A DNA stretch of 64,000 nucleotides, taken from positions 35,588,001-35,652,000 of the forward strand of contig OX597824.1 in NCBI GenBank assembly GCA_951406725.2, given 5' to 3'. Origin of the DNA: Octopus vulgaris (lineage: Eukaryota). The translations under genes were made by a program, and so were the position numbers. The notes below the pieces were generated by a model, which did no database searches, was not told where the DNA came from, and was given only the letters and a program-made list of their open reading frames with translations. Positions 53,268 to 64,000 of the stretch are shown here, piece after piece. Numbering within the stretch: position 1 is the first letter of the stretch; the number at the start of each line of letters is the position of its first letter.

Positions 53268-53539
53268 AAGAAAAAAGAAAGATAGATAGATAGATAGAGA
53301 GAGAGAGAGTGAGTGAGAGATAGATAGATAGATATATGCAAGGGTGTGAGCAAGAGAGAGAGGTGAAGAGAGAGTTACTGCTGTTGTATTATCTTTGCTA
53401 AAAACTGTTAATTAGCATGTAAATAAAATTGATAGAGGCACCATCAACTGGCGGAGAACAAAATTAGATTCACCCCACCCCTTCTCTCACCATCTCTCCC
53501 TCTCTCTCTTTCTCTATGGAAAATGCTCTACTTTCAAAT

Positions 53540-53645
53540 ATGCTGCTTCGACAATACATATACTAAAACTGGAACGATACAGAGATATTAGCATGGGCCT
53601 TTGCGCAAGGTCGACGCAAAAATTCGTGAAGTGGTCCATAATTTT
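53540..53645 (+). pseudogene. U6: Full-length degenerate U6 snRNA copy (probable retropseudogene)
   Basis: TGCT-GCTTCG...ACATATACTAAAACTGGAACGATACAGAGA..TTAGCATGG...TGCGCAAGG...AAATTCGTGAAG...TCCATA.TTTT follows canonical U6 end to end; ACAGAGA box and AGC triad intact, ISL region mutated; no TATA box seen near -30. Confidence 0.88.
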
Positions 53646-53647
53646 CA

Positions 53648-53790
53648 AAGACGGCGACCTGGTAGAATCATGAGAACGCCGGACAAAATGCTTAGCGGAA
53701 TTTCATACGTCTTTGCGTTCTTAGTTGAAATTCCGTCGAGGTCGACTTTGCCTTTCGAAGTGGATAAAATAATTACCAGTTCTATGTAAT
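53648..53790 (+). mobile_element. Diverged SINE A immediately downstream of the U6 copy
   Basis: AAGACGGCGACCTGGTAGAATC head and GAGGTCGACTTTGCCTTTC core. Confidence 0.78.
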
Positions 53791-54000
53791 GGGATTCTTC
53801 TATTTTAGTTTTCATCCGTGTCTCTCTCTCTCCCCTTCTTACTCTCCTTCCCTCCCTCTCTCTCTCTCCTATTCTTATACCTTCTACCCACTCTTTATTC
53901 TCTCTCTCTCTTGCCTTTTACACATGGCCGCACAAGCTGACACATGCGAACACACACGTACAATCACAAACACATTCTCTCCTTCATTTCTTTCTCTCTT

Positions 54001-54182
54001 TATTTCGTCTGCCGCTACGTTCTGAGTTCAAATTCCGCCGAGGTCGACTTTGCCTTTCATCCTTTCGGGGTCGATAAATAAAGTACCAGTTACGCACTGG
54101 GGTTGATATAATCGACTCAATCCCTTTGTCTGTCCCTGTTTGTCCCCTCTATGTTTAGCCCCTTGTGGGCAATAAAGAAATA
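54001..54182 (+). mobile_element. SINE A headless unit (long tail)
   Basis: Starts at TATTTCGTCTGCCGCTACG, the same point as the dimer junctions. Confidence 0.85.
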
Positions 54183-54581
54183 TATTCATTTCTTTCTCTC
54201 TCTTTCACTCTCTCTTTCTCACACCCTGTCTTTCTTACTTTCTCTCTCTCGCTCTCTCGCCCCCCTTTCTCTCTCTCTCACTATCTCTTTCCCTCTATCT
54301 CGCCCCCTCTCTTTCGTTTGAGAAGCAGGAGGTGGGAAAACAAGGAGGGATTGGCGTGAAATTCAGTGTGTGGTATGAGTTACATAGGGAGCTGGTGTTG
54401 TATGAGATTACTGCAGTAAAGTTTGTTGTTGTTGGATTTGACCAATCGTTTTGCTTTATGAAAATAGTTTATTTGGGGTTGCATGTGTGCGAGTGACTAG
54501 ATTGATAGGTAACTAGACAAACAGATAGATACAAAGCCCGAAATTATGGGGGAGGGGGCCAGTCGATTAGATCAACTCCAG

Positions 54582-55695
54582 GGATCTAGTCTTTTTCATT
54601 CGCAAAATGAGCACGCCCCCTCTAATTTTGCTCAGATTGCTTTCAATTTTGGTGTATCAATGCAATTCTGAATTTTGATTACGACCAACCAATCACACAA
54701 ATTATCACACAAATTAAGGAATCTGATGTTATTTAGATTTAAAGTTGGGAAATTTGGGTTTTTAGCCAATCAACGGACAGCGTGGTATTAGCAGCTTGTC
54801 ACCATGACAACCGCTCGCTGTGTTGTGGTTCACTGTTGTCTATGTTGATTTTTCACACTTAGTATTTTTACATATTTTTCATTTGATATAGTTTGGGGAC
54901 TCATTGACTCAGCTAACTGGATTTATGATTTCACTAGGTTTATTTCTGTTCATAAAAATTTTAATTCGGGGTATTTCTTAAACCGTTAGCTTCACATTTC
55001 AACAGCTTAACTAAAATTTAGCACACGTAACAGAAACTGAGAGGGATATCGTGGAACAGAGAAACTGTGGGTGATACAGATAATTTGACATTACTTTTGA
55101 ATTCTATATGCAAAAACATATAAGATACAGGTATTCTTTTCCTTGGGACGAATTCTTTGTTGACCAGTGTTATTCTTATCGTAGCTTACAAATCCAACCA
55201 TAGAAACGTTACTCACCTTTGGAGTTTTGGAGATAGACGCCCCCTTTTCACATACACACACATGCACTTATGTACTAATGATGTACATAAATACATGGCA
55301 GGTATATTTAATACTAAAGTACGCATAAAGTAAACACATGCAGACAAATATATTAATATAACAAATTTAAAATAATAATTAAAAAAACAATCAATGAAGA
55401 GACAAAAGAAACCTACAATGAATAGGTCAGACGCTAAACTATAAATTTCACAGGGTACAACAGTAAAATTGACATGGTTCCGCTAAAAGCAGAACATTTC
55501 TGTCTCGATATTGGCTAAAAATACCAAATTATTCCAATTTTTAAACCTCTGTAATATTTTTCCTCCAATTACGTTCTCCATAACATCGTACCTTCAAAGC
55601 AATTAGACTGGAAGGCTACATTATTATAGCCGATTTTCAGATTTTTTGCTTCCTTTTAAAAAATGCATATTTTGCAAATGAAAAAAACTAGATCC
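54582..55695. mobile_element. Family M copy 2, inserted inside a minus-strand SINE A (about 54530-55770)
   Basis: About 30-bp TIRs GGATCTAGT.TTTTTCATT.GCAAAAT; flanks AACTCCAG / GACGCCAG are both one or two changes from the SINE sequence GACCCCAG, consistent with an aged 8-bp TSD. Confidence 0.82.
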
Positions 55696-55954
55696 GACGC
55701 CAGTACGCAACTGGTACTTAATTCATCGACTCCGAAAGGCAAAGACGACCTCGGCGGAATTTGAACGCAGAAAAACAATAAGCAAAACAGTTCAACTGAA
55801 GATTATGCTCCTCTCTAACACACTAATATAAATAATCCACTAAAGTTGGGAAATTTAATATCTCATTTGCCACTGTGATTTTCAATTTAAGTTGAGGAAT
55901 GTTATCAGATCACTCCAAAAATCTTTTCCGTGTTCTTAACTTCAACATTAAGAT

Positions 55955-56160
55955 TGGTTTCAAATTTTGAGATAAGGCTAGGGGTGAGGTTAAATCGATG
56001 ACATTGAACCAAGTGATTAACTGTTACTTATTATTTTATTGACCCCTGAAGGACGAAAGGCAAAGTCGACCTCGGCAGAATTTGAACTCGGAACGTAAAT
56101 ACGGACGAAATGTCGCTAAGCATTTTGCCAGGCATGCAAAAGATTCTGCCAGCTCACCGA
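55955..56160 (-). mobile_element. SINE A (short tail), diverged
   Basis: Family core and head. Confidence 0.72.
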
Positions 56161-56745
56161 TGCCTTAACTTTCTATATAAATATTGATAACGTGACGAAA
56201 TAATAGAGGTTATGCTTCAAAGGAACAGCTTTCTCCTCTGGCAAGTTGCAGTAGATCTTCTGTTATTTGAAACTGGAAGTCCCTAAATCTGGGAGGTCCG
56301 AGAAATTCCTATTTCTTCCTAAATTCACTTTCACTCGATACGGAGTTTAAGCCTTTCTTTCCAGAATAACTCATAGAATTGGACTGTAAACTTCGTTTTT
56401 TGTGTAATGCAGTCAGTAACCTTTTTATGATTTTCTACTCACAGACTCCGCTATATTCTATGATATTCCATTGAAGATGTTCAGAGTAATAAAGCAGGAA
56501 TTTATTGTTTGACACGATCCTGCCAGACATTTTTGTTATTCTAGAGATTGTTTCTTCGCATGGAAATAACTCCTCTTCTTTTTCCTTTTCCGTTCTTTCT
56601 TCAGTATATACAGTAGTCAATTTGACTTCATTAAAAATAAGTTTGCTTATTCTTTATTAATCCTTATTTCCATACTTACTTCCAGTGAAACGAGAAATAT
56701 AATTTTAAAATAAAAATAACGAATTTATTATTAATAACAAACTGC

Positions 56746-57152
56746 GGATATTTTCGGTTTGAACGGCAGTTTTTTTCTAGCGGTGTCATATGAAATTGTC
56801 ACCCATAATTATGCATTTCAATCTGTTTTAGGGTTAGGGTTAGGGGTGGGGGTGGGGGGTAAGGTATCTTTTTTCTTCACAAATGTAAATAAATCCAATC
56901 TGTTTCTTAAACGAGGGACATATTCATACGGCACAGAATGTTTTTTTTTTTTACCTCAATGGACGTCAGTGATTGGTTGAAATTGCAGAAATTGAAAAAA
57001 ACCCCCCAAATATCTTACAAACTACAGAATTTTCTCAATAAAGCCAAGAGAAAAAACTGTTTTATAAACACATTCTACCAGTATACGAAGTTTAAAATTT
57101 TTTAGTTACCTAGAAATTATGTTAAAAACTGCCGTTCAAACCGAAAAGATCC
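56746..57152. mobile_element. MITE with 28-bp TIRs, perfect 8-bp TSD and internal TTAGGG repeats (Merlin-like)
   Basis: GGATATTTTCGGTTTGAACGGCAGTTTTT / AAAAACTGCCGTTCAAACCGAAAAGATCC; CAAACTGC at 56738-56745 and 57153-57160. Confidence 0.88.
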
Positions 57153-57552
57153 CAAACTGCTGTTTTCTCATGATGAAACACCATCGATTTAAAGAGCTCT
57201 TCTCCATCTGAACAACTGACAAAAGACAAAGACACTTTCAGATTTGGTGATTCAAGGAAAGTCACTCTCTAAAGAATCTTAATAAACAAGTCAGCAGGAA
57301 TTTGTCTATATTATTTTAACTTTTCTTTTAACTCAATATTTTCTTTTTAGATCTGAATGTCTTATATAAACAATAAGAAGAAACAACATCGGCAGCCACA
57401 CAATGATTCCTTCCTTGTGTTTTATCTCAGAATCCTCCTACTCTTTCTCTTCCTCTTGTGTCTCAGTGTTCAATAAAGCTGACAGGACGAACCGAAATAT
57501 TAGTGTGCGCGCGCCTATGAGAGTACGTTAAAGATATGTATACACACATGGA

Positions 57553-58030
57553 AGGCGGCGAGCTGGCAGAAACGTTAGCACGCCGGGCGAAATGCGTAGC
57601 CGTATTTCGTCTGCCGTTACGTTCTGAGTTCAAATTCCGCCACAGTCGACTTTGCCTTTCATCCTTTCGGGGTCGATAAATTAAGTAGCAGTTACGCACT
57701 GGGGTCGATGTAATCGACTTAATCCGTTTGTCTGTCCTTGTTTGTCCCCTCTGTGTTTAGCCCCTTGTGGGTAATAAAGAAATAGATATGTATACACACA
57801 AGGCGGCGAGCTGGCAGAACCGTGAGAGCGCCGGGCGAAATGCGTAGCCGTATTTCGTCTGCCGTTACGTTCTGAGTTCAAATTCCGCCGAGGTCGACTT
57901 TGCCTTTCATCCTTCTGGGGTCGATAAATTAAGTACCAGTTACGCACTGGGGTCGATGTAATCGACTTAATCCGTTTGTCTACCTTGTTTGTCCCCTCTA
58001 TGTTTAGCCACTTATGGGTAATAAAGAAAC
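57553..58030 (+). mobile_element. Two full SINE A copies head-to-tail with triplicated target sequence
   Basis: AGATATG(T/C)ATACACAC before, between and after the two copies. Confidence 0.9.
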
Positions 58031-58226
58031 AGATATGCATACACACCCACCCACATATATACATAATACATTCGTGTGTATGCGTGTGTGTGTGTATAAT
58101 ATTTAATGTAAATATGTATATATCTATTATATTTATGTAAATGTACGTTTTACACAGATTCATACAGGTATGTATATTATATATATATATATAATATATG
58201 TGTTTATATTTTATACACAAAATAGG

Positions 58227-58265
<39 letters not shown>

Positions 58266-58686
58266 ACACGTGTGTGTATATATATGTATGCATGCATATG
58301 CATGCATGTATGTCAGATGATATTCTAAGTAGCTGACCGAATAGAACTGAATCAGCAGGCAATCATGTCAATCTGGTCGCTATCAAACACAAACCTTGAC
58401 TGTGACTTAGTAGTAGGCCAGTTGCTGGCCTACTTCATTCTTATTATTATGTACAGGTAGTAAGGAAATATAAACAAGCTCATTATTTCAAATAGAAACC
58501 CCACTCTTTAATACCCAATGGAGCGTACTAACATCGTCCAAATGACGCCGCTTAATATGTGGAGCTCTTAGAGTTCAAACGACGACATTCATAAGGTCAC
58601 GCACACGCGCATATACAAACATACGTACATGCATGGATACATACATATACATACATGTAAATATATATAAATATATGTATATTTAC

Positions 58687-58765
58687 TTCAAAAAGAAGTC
58701 TCACTATGAGCAAACACACACACGCACACACATATATATATGCTCAAAGTGAGACTTCTTTTGAA
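58687..58765. other. 25-bp-stem hairpin with microsatellite loop
   Basis: TTCAAAAAGAAGTCTCACTATGAGCA pairs with TGCTCAAAGTGAGACTTCTTTTGAA (one mismatch, one bulge). Confidence 0.8.
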
Positions 58766-61621
58766 AGAGTTCTTTTCTCCCTGCACAGACTGTCTCAAAG
58801 AAAACTAGTTGATCTTTTCTTCCCAGTCGTATAGAGCTCGCTATGAAGTGGACACGTGAAAAACAGGGAGTAAAATACGATAGAATTAAATATAAATAAG
58901 TGTAAAAGAGATGAACAAATAAATAATAAATCTAAAGGGGAAATGTCCGCTCTGACCCAAAGTTGCAAAGTGTACTTAAAGCAAGTTATTCTTATATTCA
59001 AGATTTGTTGAATAAAAACATCCTTAATCTTTAATTTCACCGAATTCTTCCATTCGATAGTTGTTTTTAAGTATTAGATGACAAAAATATATATTTACAC
59101 TGAAATACCAGCTAACACAGATTTTCCGCAAATTGTCAACAATTAAATTTTCATTATCTGGTTTAGAGAAAATATATATCCATTTATTATTGTCTTTTTT
59201 TGTTTTGTTTTGGTTCTTTCGCATAGTTCCACATGATGCCTTCTTCTGTTTTATTCTACTGTTTTATTTTCTGGGGATGACTCCCACACTCCTTAAAACA
59301 CTTCTTTTCTCACAGTTTGCACCTACTTTGCTTGAAAATCAGAATGAAGTGATGACTAAGGGAGAACCCGACGCCATTTCTGTCTTCGAACATACGTATG
59401 TCTATATACATACACAAAAAAATACATACTTATATGTCTATATGTACTTATATGTGTGTGTACGCTAAATGTGCGTGCGCTATGAGTATATTTGTTCGTT
59501 TGCAAATTGGTGGGTGGATATAAGTCTGTGTATGTATAGGTATACGAAACACACAAGCGTACCTACACGCGCACACAAACACACTTTTTTAGGGCTGCCA
59601 GTCGCTGTGGAGCCAGGCGCCAGCTTTATCCGCATGGCTCCAATAACACAAACATTTGCACGCATGGTTTGACAGTTAGTGAGGTTGGGGACAGCAGCTG
59701 TGGCGGCGAATGAGCTCCAGGAAATGCCGCCATCCTTGATGTGTGGGTGTACTAGAGTTGTGTGTGTGTGTGTGTGAGTGAGTGTGTGTGTGTGTGTGTG
59801 TGCGTGTGTGTCTCGCTGTTTTAATCTCAACCTCGACTGGGGCCTCAACGTCTGCTATGAGAGGTAATGGACACAGCAGTGGGAGTGTTTGCTTACTGTC
59901 CCCTCAAATCGTGATTATGGAAGCGATATGTGACCTAGCCCCTAGACGTCAGCGAATACATTTAAGTACATCTTTCTCTATCTTTCCTCCCTCGCTCTTT
60001 CCTTCTCTCATTCATTCCCTCTCTATTTCTCTCTCTTCCTCCCTCCCTTCCTCTTTCTATCTCTGTCTGTCTCTCTCTCCGTCTTAACATTGCTATTTAT
60101 TTTCTATGATGATTGCACCAACAACACTACAATAACTGCAACTTTCTTCAAATAATATTCACAGCGCTGACTGCGTTTTTTGTCTATTTTTGTTTTATTT
60201 GACGGGAAAAAACTTTACTTATGAAGGAAGGAGAGAGCGAAGAAAAAGCAATTGAAGGAATGAAGAAGGAATAAATATCCCCAAAGTTCGTGTATCTAAA
60301 ATATAATTTCTTCTCTAATGGCGGCGATGTGTGTTATTTATCCAAATTACCCTGCAGAGTATTATGTAATGAATTCAAGAGTTTATCCCATAATTTCTTG
60401 TTTTAAAGAAACCTCTTCTGTGTTTTCTTAGTATATCTTCAATTTTTCACTTCAGTTCATATCTTCAAAGTATTTTGTGTATGGTTCCTCTAAACATTTC
60501 GTTAACGACCACACACACACATACACACACACACACGCACGCACGCATGCACGCACACGCACACATCTATGTGTATGCACCCCACTCGATTTGTACATTC
60601 AAATACATAGGTGTACGCAATCTACCATCGTGCGTTTACATCTACATACATCAACAAACAAGCATGTGTGTGTGTGTGTCTATGTCTGAATCCACACACA
60701 TATTCACACACGTGACGTGTATGCACAGGAACACATATACACACACACATTGCTGTTGTTTTTATTTTTCCCCTTATACTAATTTGTAATTTAATAGTTT
60801 TCTGTTTCCTTGAAGCTGCTGCGTGGGAAGAAAGAGTCGGAAGACGGCAGGGAAGATAGTTAAATCGAAATATTAGTAAAAGTCTGTTATGACATCGGTC
60901 AGATATCAAATGTAGCCAACATAATCCATCACCTTTCACTATTAAACTAGGTTAATATGCAAACTAAATCCCTCCAACTCTGATTTATTTAAGCTTTATT
61001 TGATGTTTTTAATTAATTAAGATAAGAGCAATCAGTTTTGTTGTCTGATAAGTTTTAGTGTATTTACTGTCTTAGTGCAGACCCAGTAAAGCACCGAACT
61101 AAATCGTTTATTAGTAGCATTTAGTTTCATCCTTCTTCGTTCAAGCTGAAAACCTTCCAGGTCCAACTCCTCCTCCTCCTCCTTTCAGTTATTCAGGGTC
61201 GAAAAAATAAGAGTTATTGGCACGCCATAATAACTGGAATCAGATTAATAATTTCCTTTTATTTTTTGGAAAGAGAACGCGCAATTCTTTTGACACTTCC
61301 AGTACTGATTTTCAACTTAAAGGTATGGAGGTCGGATTGCATTTGGGAAGGAACGAGTGAAAACAGTATTTTCTTGCAACGTCAGTGAGATCAATAGAAG
61401 AAAAGGCAGATATGCCCGGATGGCGAGACCATGCATCTAACTTGCTGAAAAGAGCAGGTGTTGTGGCGATAGAAGCCATGAGAGGAAATAGCACGTCTGT
61501 GACTTAAAATTAGTTTAATGACGTCTTAGATACTGTCAAATGAATTTCTGTATTGCAATGCCATATTATCAAAGTGAGATCTCTATTGAGCGTCTTTCTA
61601 GAATCTAGTATTGTAGCTTAA

Positions 61622-61843
61622 CCCTTTTGTTACCATATTTATTCTGAGATGCTCTGTGTTTCTTTCAATTGATTTTAAATATAACAAAGAATTTAGTAAA
61701 ATAACTTAGTTATCATTAAGCTAATGTTAGGAACATAAATTGTGATTAAGGTTTGGTGGAAGATTCTAATTCAAAACTTATGAAAACAAGACATTTGTAC
61801 TACAGAGCCAGGGGCGGTTTCAGGCGGGTTGGTATCGAAAGGG
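61622..61843. mobile_element. piggyBac-type MITE
   Basis: TTAA-CCCTTTTGTTACCA ... TGGTATCGAAAGGG-TGAA (right TTAA has one change). Confidence 0.7.
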
Positions 61844-62764
61844 TGAAGATATACGTCGATTTCTTCCAGGTAAGCACAAAGGTTTGAATTTTAAGGAAGG
61901 GTAACGTAAGGGTTTTTTTCATTGGCTTAGTTGGAGGTAGGAGATAAAATGGCACCATTCGTGACCTTTTTGCAGGTCCTCTAAGACTAGTAGCAGAAAA
62001 AGGACGTAAACCACGACTGATTGGTTGCTGCAGAAGGCGGTACCCTATCATATATAGCGAGGTATCTTCAGATAGGAAACCTGGTTCTATTTACTAGCAA
62101 CAGGTAGGATCCGAGTAAATGCATACAACAGCTTTGCCATAAGTTTACTTTTTGTCAAATACGGGATACGTATGAAATATAATCAATCTTATCAAGGGTA
62201 TATAATTTTGAACGCCTCTAATACGTTCGGAGCAACGATTTAAGTGGAATTTAATTTGCATTTTTAATGATTTACCAAACTGAGATCAAATAAGAATAAA
62301 TATATTCATATAAATTTTTAAAATTCTGTGTGTGCGTGTGTGTGTAGAGTTTATTTCGTATTATGGAATGGTCTCTCGTCCATCACTTGATCAAGATGTC
62401 AAACTTAACTTAAAACTCTGGTCTAATGCTTGAGAAAAGGAGCAGCTTCCCACTGCCTCCACAGAGCCCAGAAGAGGACAGGAGTTAAATTCAATACCCC
62501 ACATTGAGGAAATAGCCGTCAATTATACAATCCACCCGTATATTACTGTACTAGCCGTCCCTATAGGTGGTTCATAATTAAACCTCGGCAGGCTAAACCA
62601 AAGTAATTTAAGTGCACTATTGAACTCAATACAGGAGTGGAAATGTGATTAAAATAATTAATTACGTAAATAGACTAATTAATTATGACTTTTGTTGTTG
62701 TTGTCATTTTGAGGAAAATCTATTTCCGGATCTTACAGTGTTTCAGGAAGGGGTGGGCGATATT

Positions 62765-62970
62765 CTTTTTTTACTCTTTTACTTGTTTCAGTGTGTCGCC
62801 ATGCTGGAGCACCGCCTTTAGTCGAGCAAATCGACCCCAGGACTTATTCTTTGTAAGCCTAGTACTTATTCTATCGGTCTCTTTTGCCGAACTGCTAAGT
62901 TACGGGGACGTAAACACACCAGCATCGGTGGTCAAGCGATGCTGGGGGACAAACAGACACACAAGCGTAT

Positions 62971-63002
<32 letters not shown>

Positions 63003-63013
63003 TTATTTATTTA

Positions 63014-63046
<33 letters not shown>

Positions 63047-63131
63047 TTTTAAATTTTATAGAAGGAGCTTCTACAGGACTAGAACTGTTTCATTCAAATG
63101 AATGTGGTTAACCCCGACTCAACCCGGGAAT

Positions 63132-63215
<84 letters not shown>

Positions 63216-63381
63216 TAAGACGGGCTTCTTTCAGTTTCCGTCTACAAAATCCACTCACAAGGCTTTGGTCGGCACGAGGCTATAGTAGAAGAAACTTGCC
63301 CAAGGTGCCACGCAGTGAAACTGAACCCGGAACGATGCGGTTCGTAGGCAAGCTACTTACCACACAGCCACTCCTACGCCT
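62765..63381 (-). mobile_element. SINE family B with a foreign insert in its internal (TA)n tract
   Basis: Tail 62765-62965, head half 63218-63381, unrelated 63046-63134 between TA runs. Confidence 0.85.
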
Positions 63382-63562
63382 ACCAATACTATTTTCCATT
63401 GCCTTCTTTAGATCCGCATCGAACATGTTGTTAGAGAAACGAGAAATAGAAAGTGTGGTTCCCCACTCCCAAATCTATCCTAGAATACTCAGGAGTATCA
63501 ATGACGTCAAATACCTTCAACTAGAAATCGAAACTAAATCTCCAATATGAGAAACCGAATAA

Positions 63563-63980
63563 AGGTGGCGAGCTGGCAGAAACGTTTGCACGCCGGGCGA
63601 AATGTTTCGCGGCATTTCGTCTGCCGTTACGTTCCGAGTTCAAATTCCGCCGTGGTCGACTTTGCCTTTCATCCTTTCGGGGTCGATTAAATAAGTACCA
63701 GTTACGCACTGGGGTCGATATAATCGACTTAATCCGTTTGTCTGTCCTTGTTTGTCCTCTCTGCGTTTAGCCCCTTGTGGGTAGTAAAGAAATAGGTATT
63801 TTCGTCTGCCGCTACGTTCTGAGTTCAAACTCCGCCGAGGTCGACTTTGCCTATCATCCTTTTGGGGTCGATTAAATAAGTACCAGTTACGCACTGGGGT
63901 CGATATAATCGACTTAATCCCTTTGTCTGTCCTTGTTTGTCCCCTCTATGTTTAGCCCCTTGTGGCCAGTAAAGAAATAA
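63563..63980 (+). mobile_element. SINE A dimer (head + two bodies)
   Basis: Second body starts straight after AAGAAATAGGTATTTT at about 63795. Confidence 0.9.
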
Positions 63981-64000
63981 TAATTGTAGGCACGCTGATC

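Noticed and set aside
56435-56620. Minus-strand ORF ending near a GTGAGT donor-like site
   Set aside because: No acceptor or partner exon identified and no recognisable domain.
58412-58434. Perfect 10-bp hairpin AGTAGGCCAG-TTG-CTGGCCTACT (also an 8-bp one at 25151-25169)
   Set aside because: Too short to interpret; no matching element ends found, and bacterial terminator logic does not apply.

Overview
Eukaryotic, AT-rich, microsatellite-saturated DNA with no recognisable host protein-coding exon. The supplied ORFs are mostly translations of (TA)n/(CA)n/(CTT)n tracts or SINE sequence. The repeat complement looks like octopus (coleoid cephalopod) intergenic or large-intron DNA; the taxon is my inference, not a search result. 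The window holds about 50 copies or fragments of 5-6 tRNA-derived SINE families, decayed LINE pieces (CR1/L2-like ORF2 end and RT remnant, three Dong/R4-like pieces in TAA tracts), a decayed mariner transposase, and MITEs with visible TIRs/TSDs (hAT-, piggyBac-, mariner- and Merlin-like). It also has a Helitron nested in a MITE, Penelope-type fragments with minimal hammerhead-ribozyme motifs, and a full-length degenerate U6 snRNA copy abutting a SINE head. The most unusual signals are two interleaved long-range inverted repeats of non-SINE sequence in the first 4.5 kb, the U6-SINE junction, SINE tails shared with LINE 3' ends in the same window, a recurring SINE dimer junction and a pre-miRNA-sized hairpin. 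I cannot claim a new biological system from sequence alone. Family letters A-F and M are my own labels, and boundaries of decayed elements are approximate.
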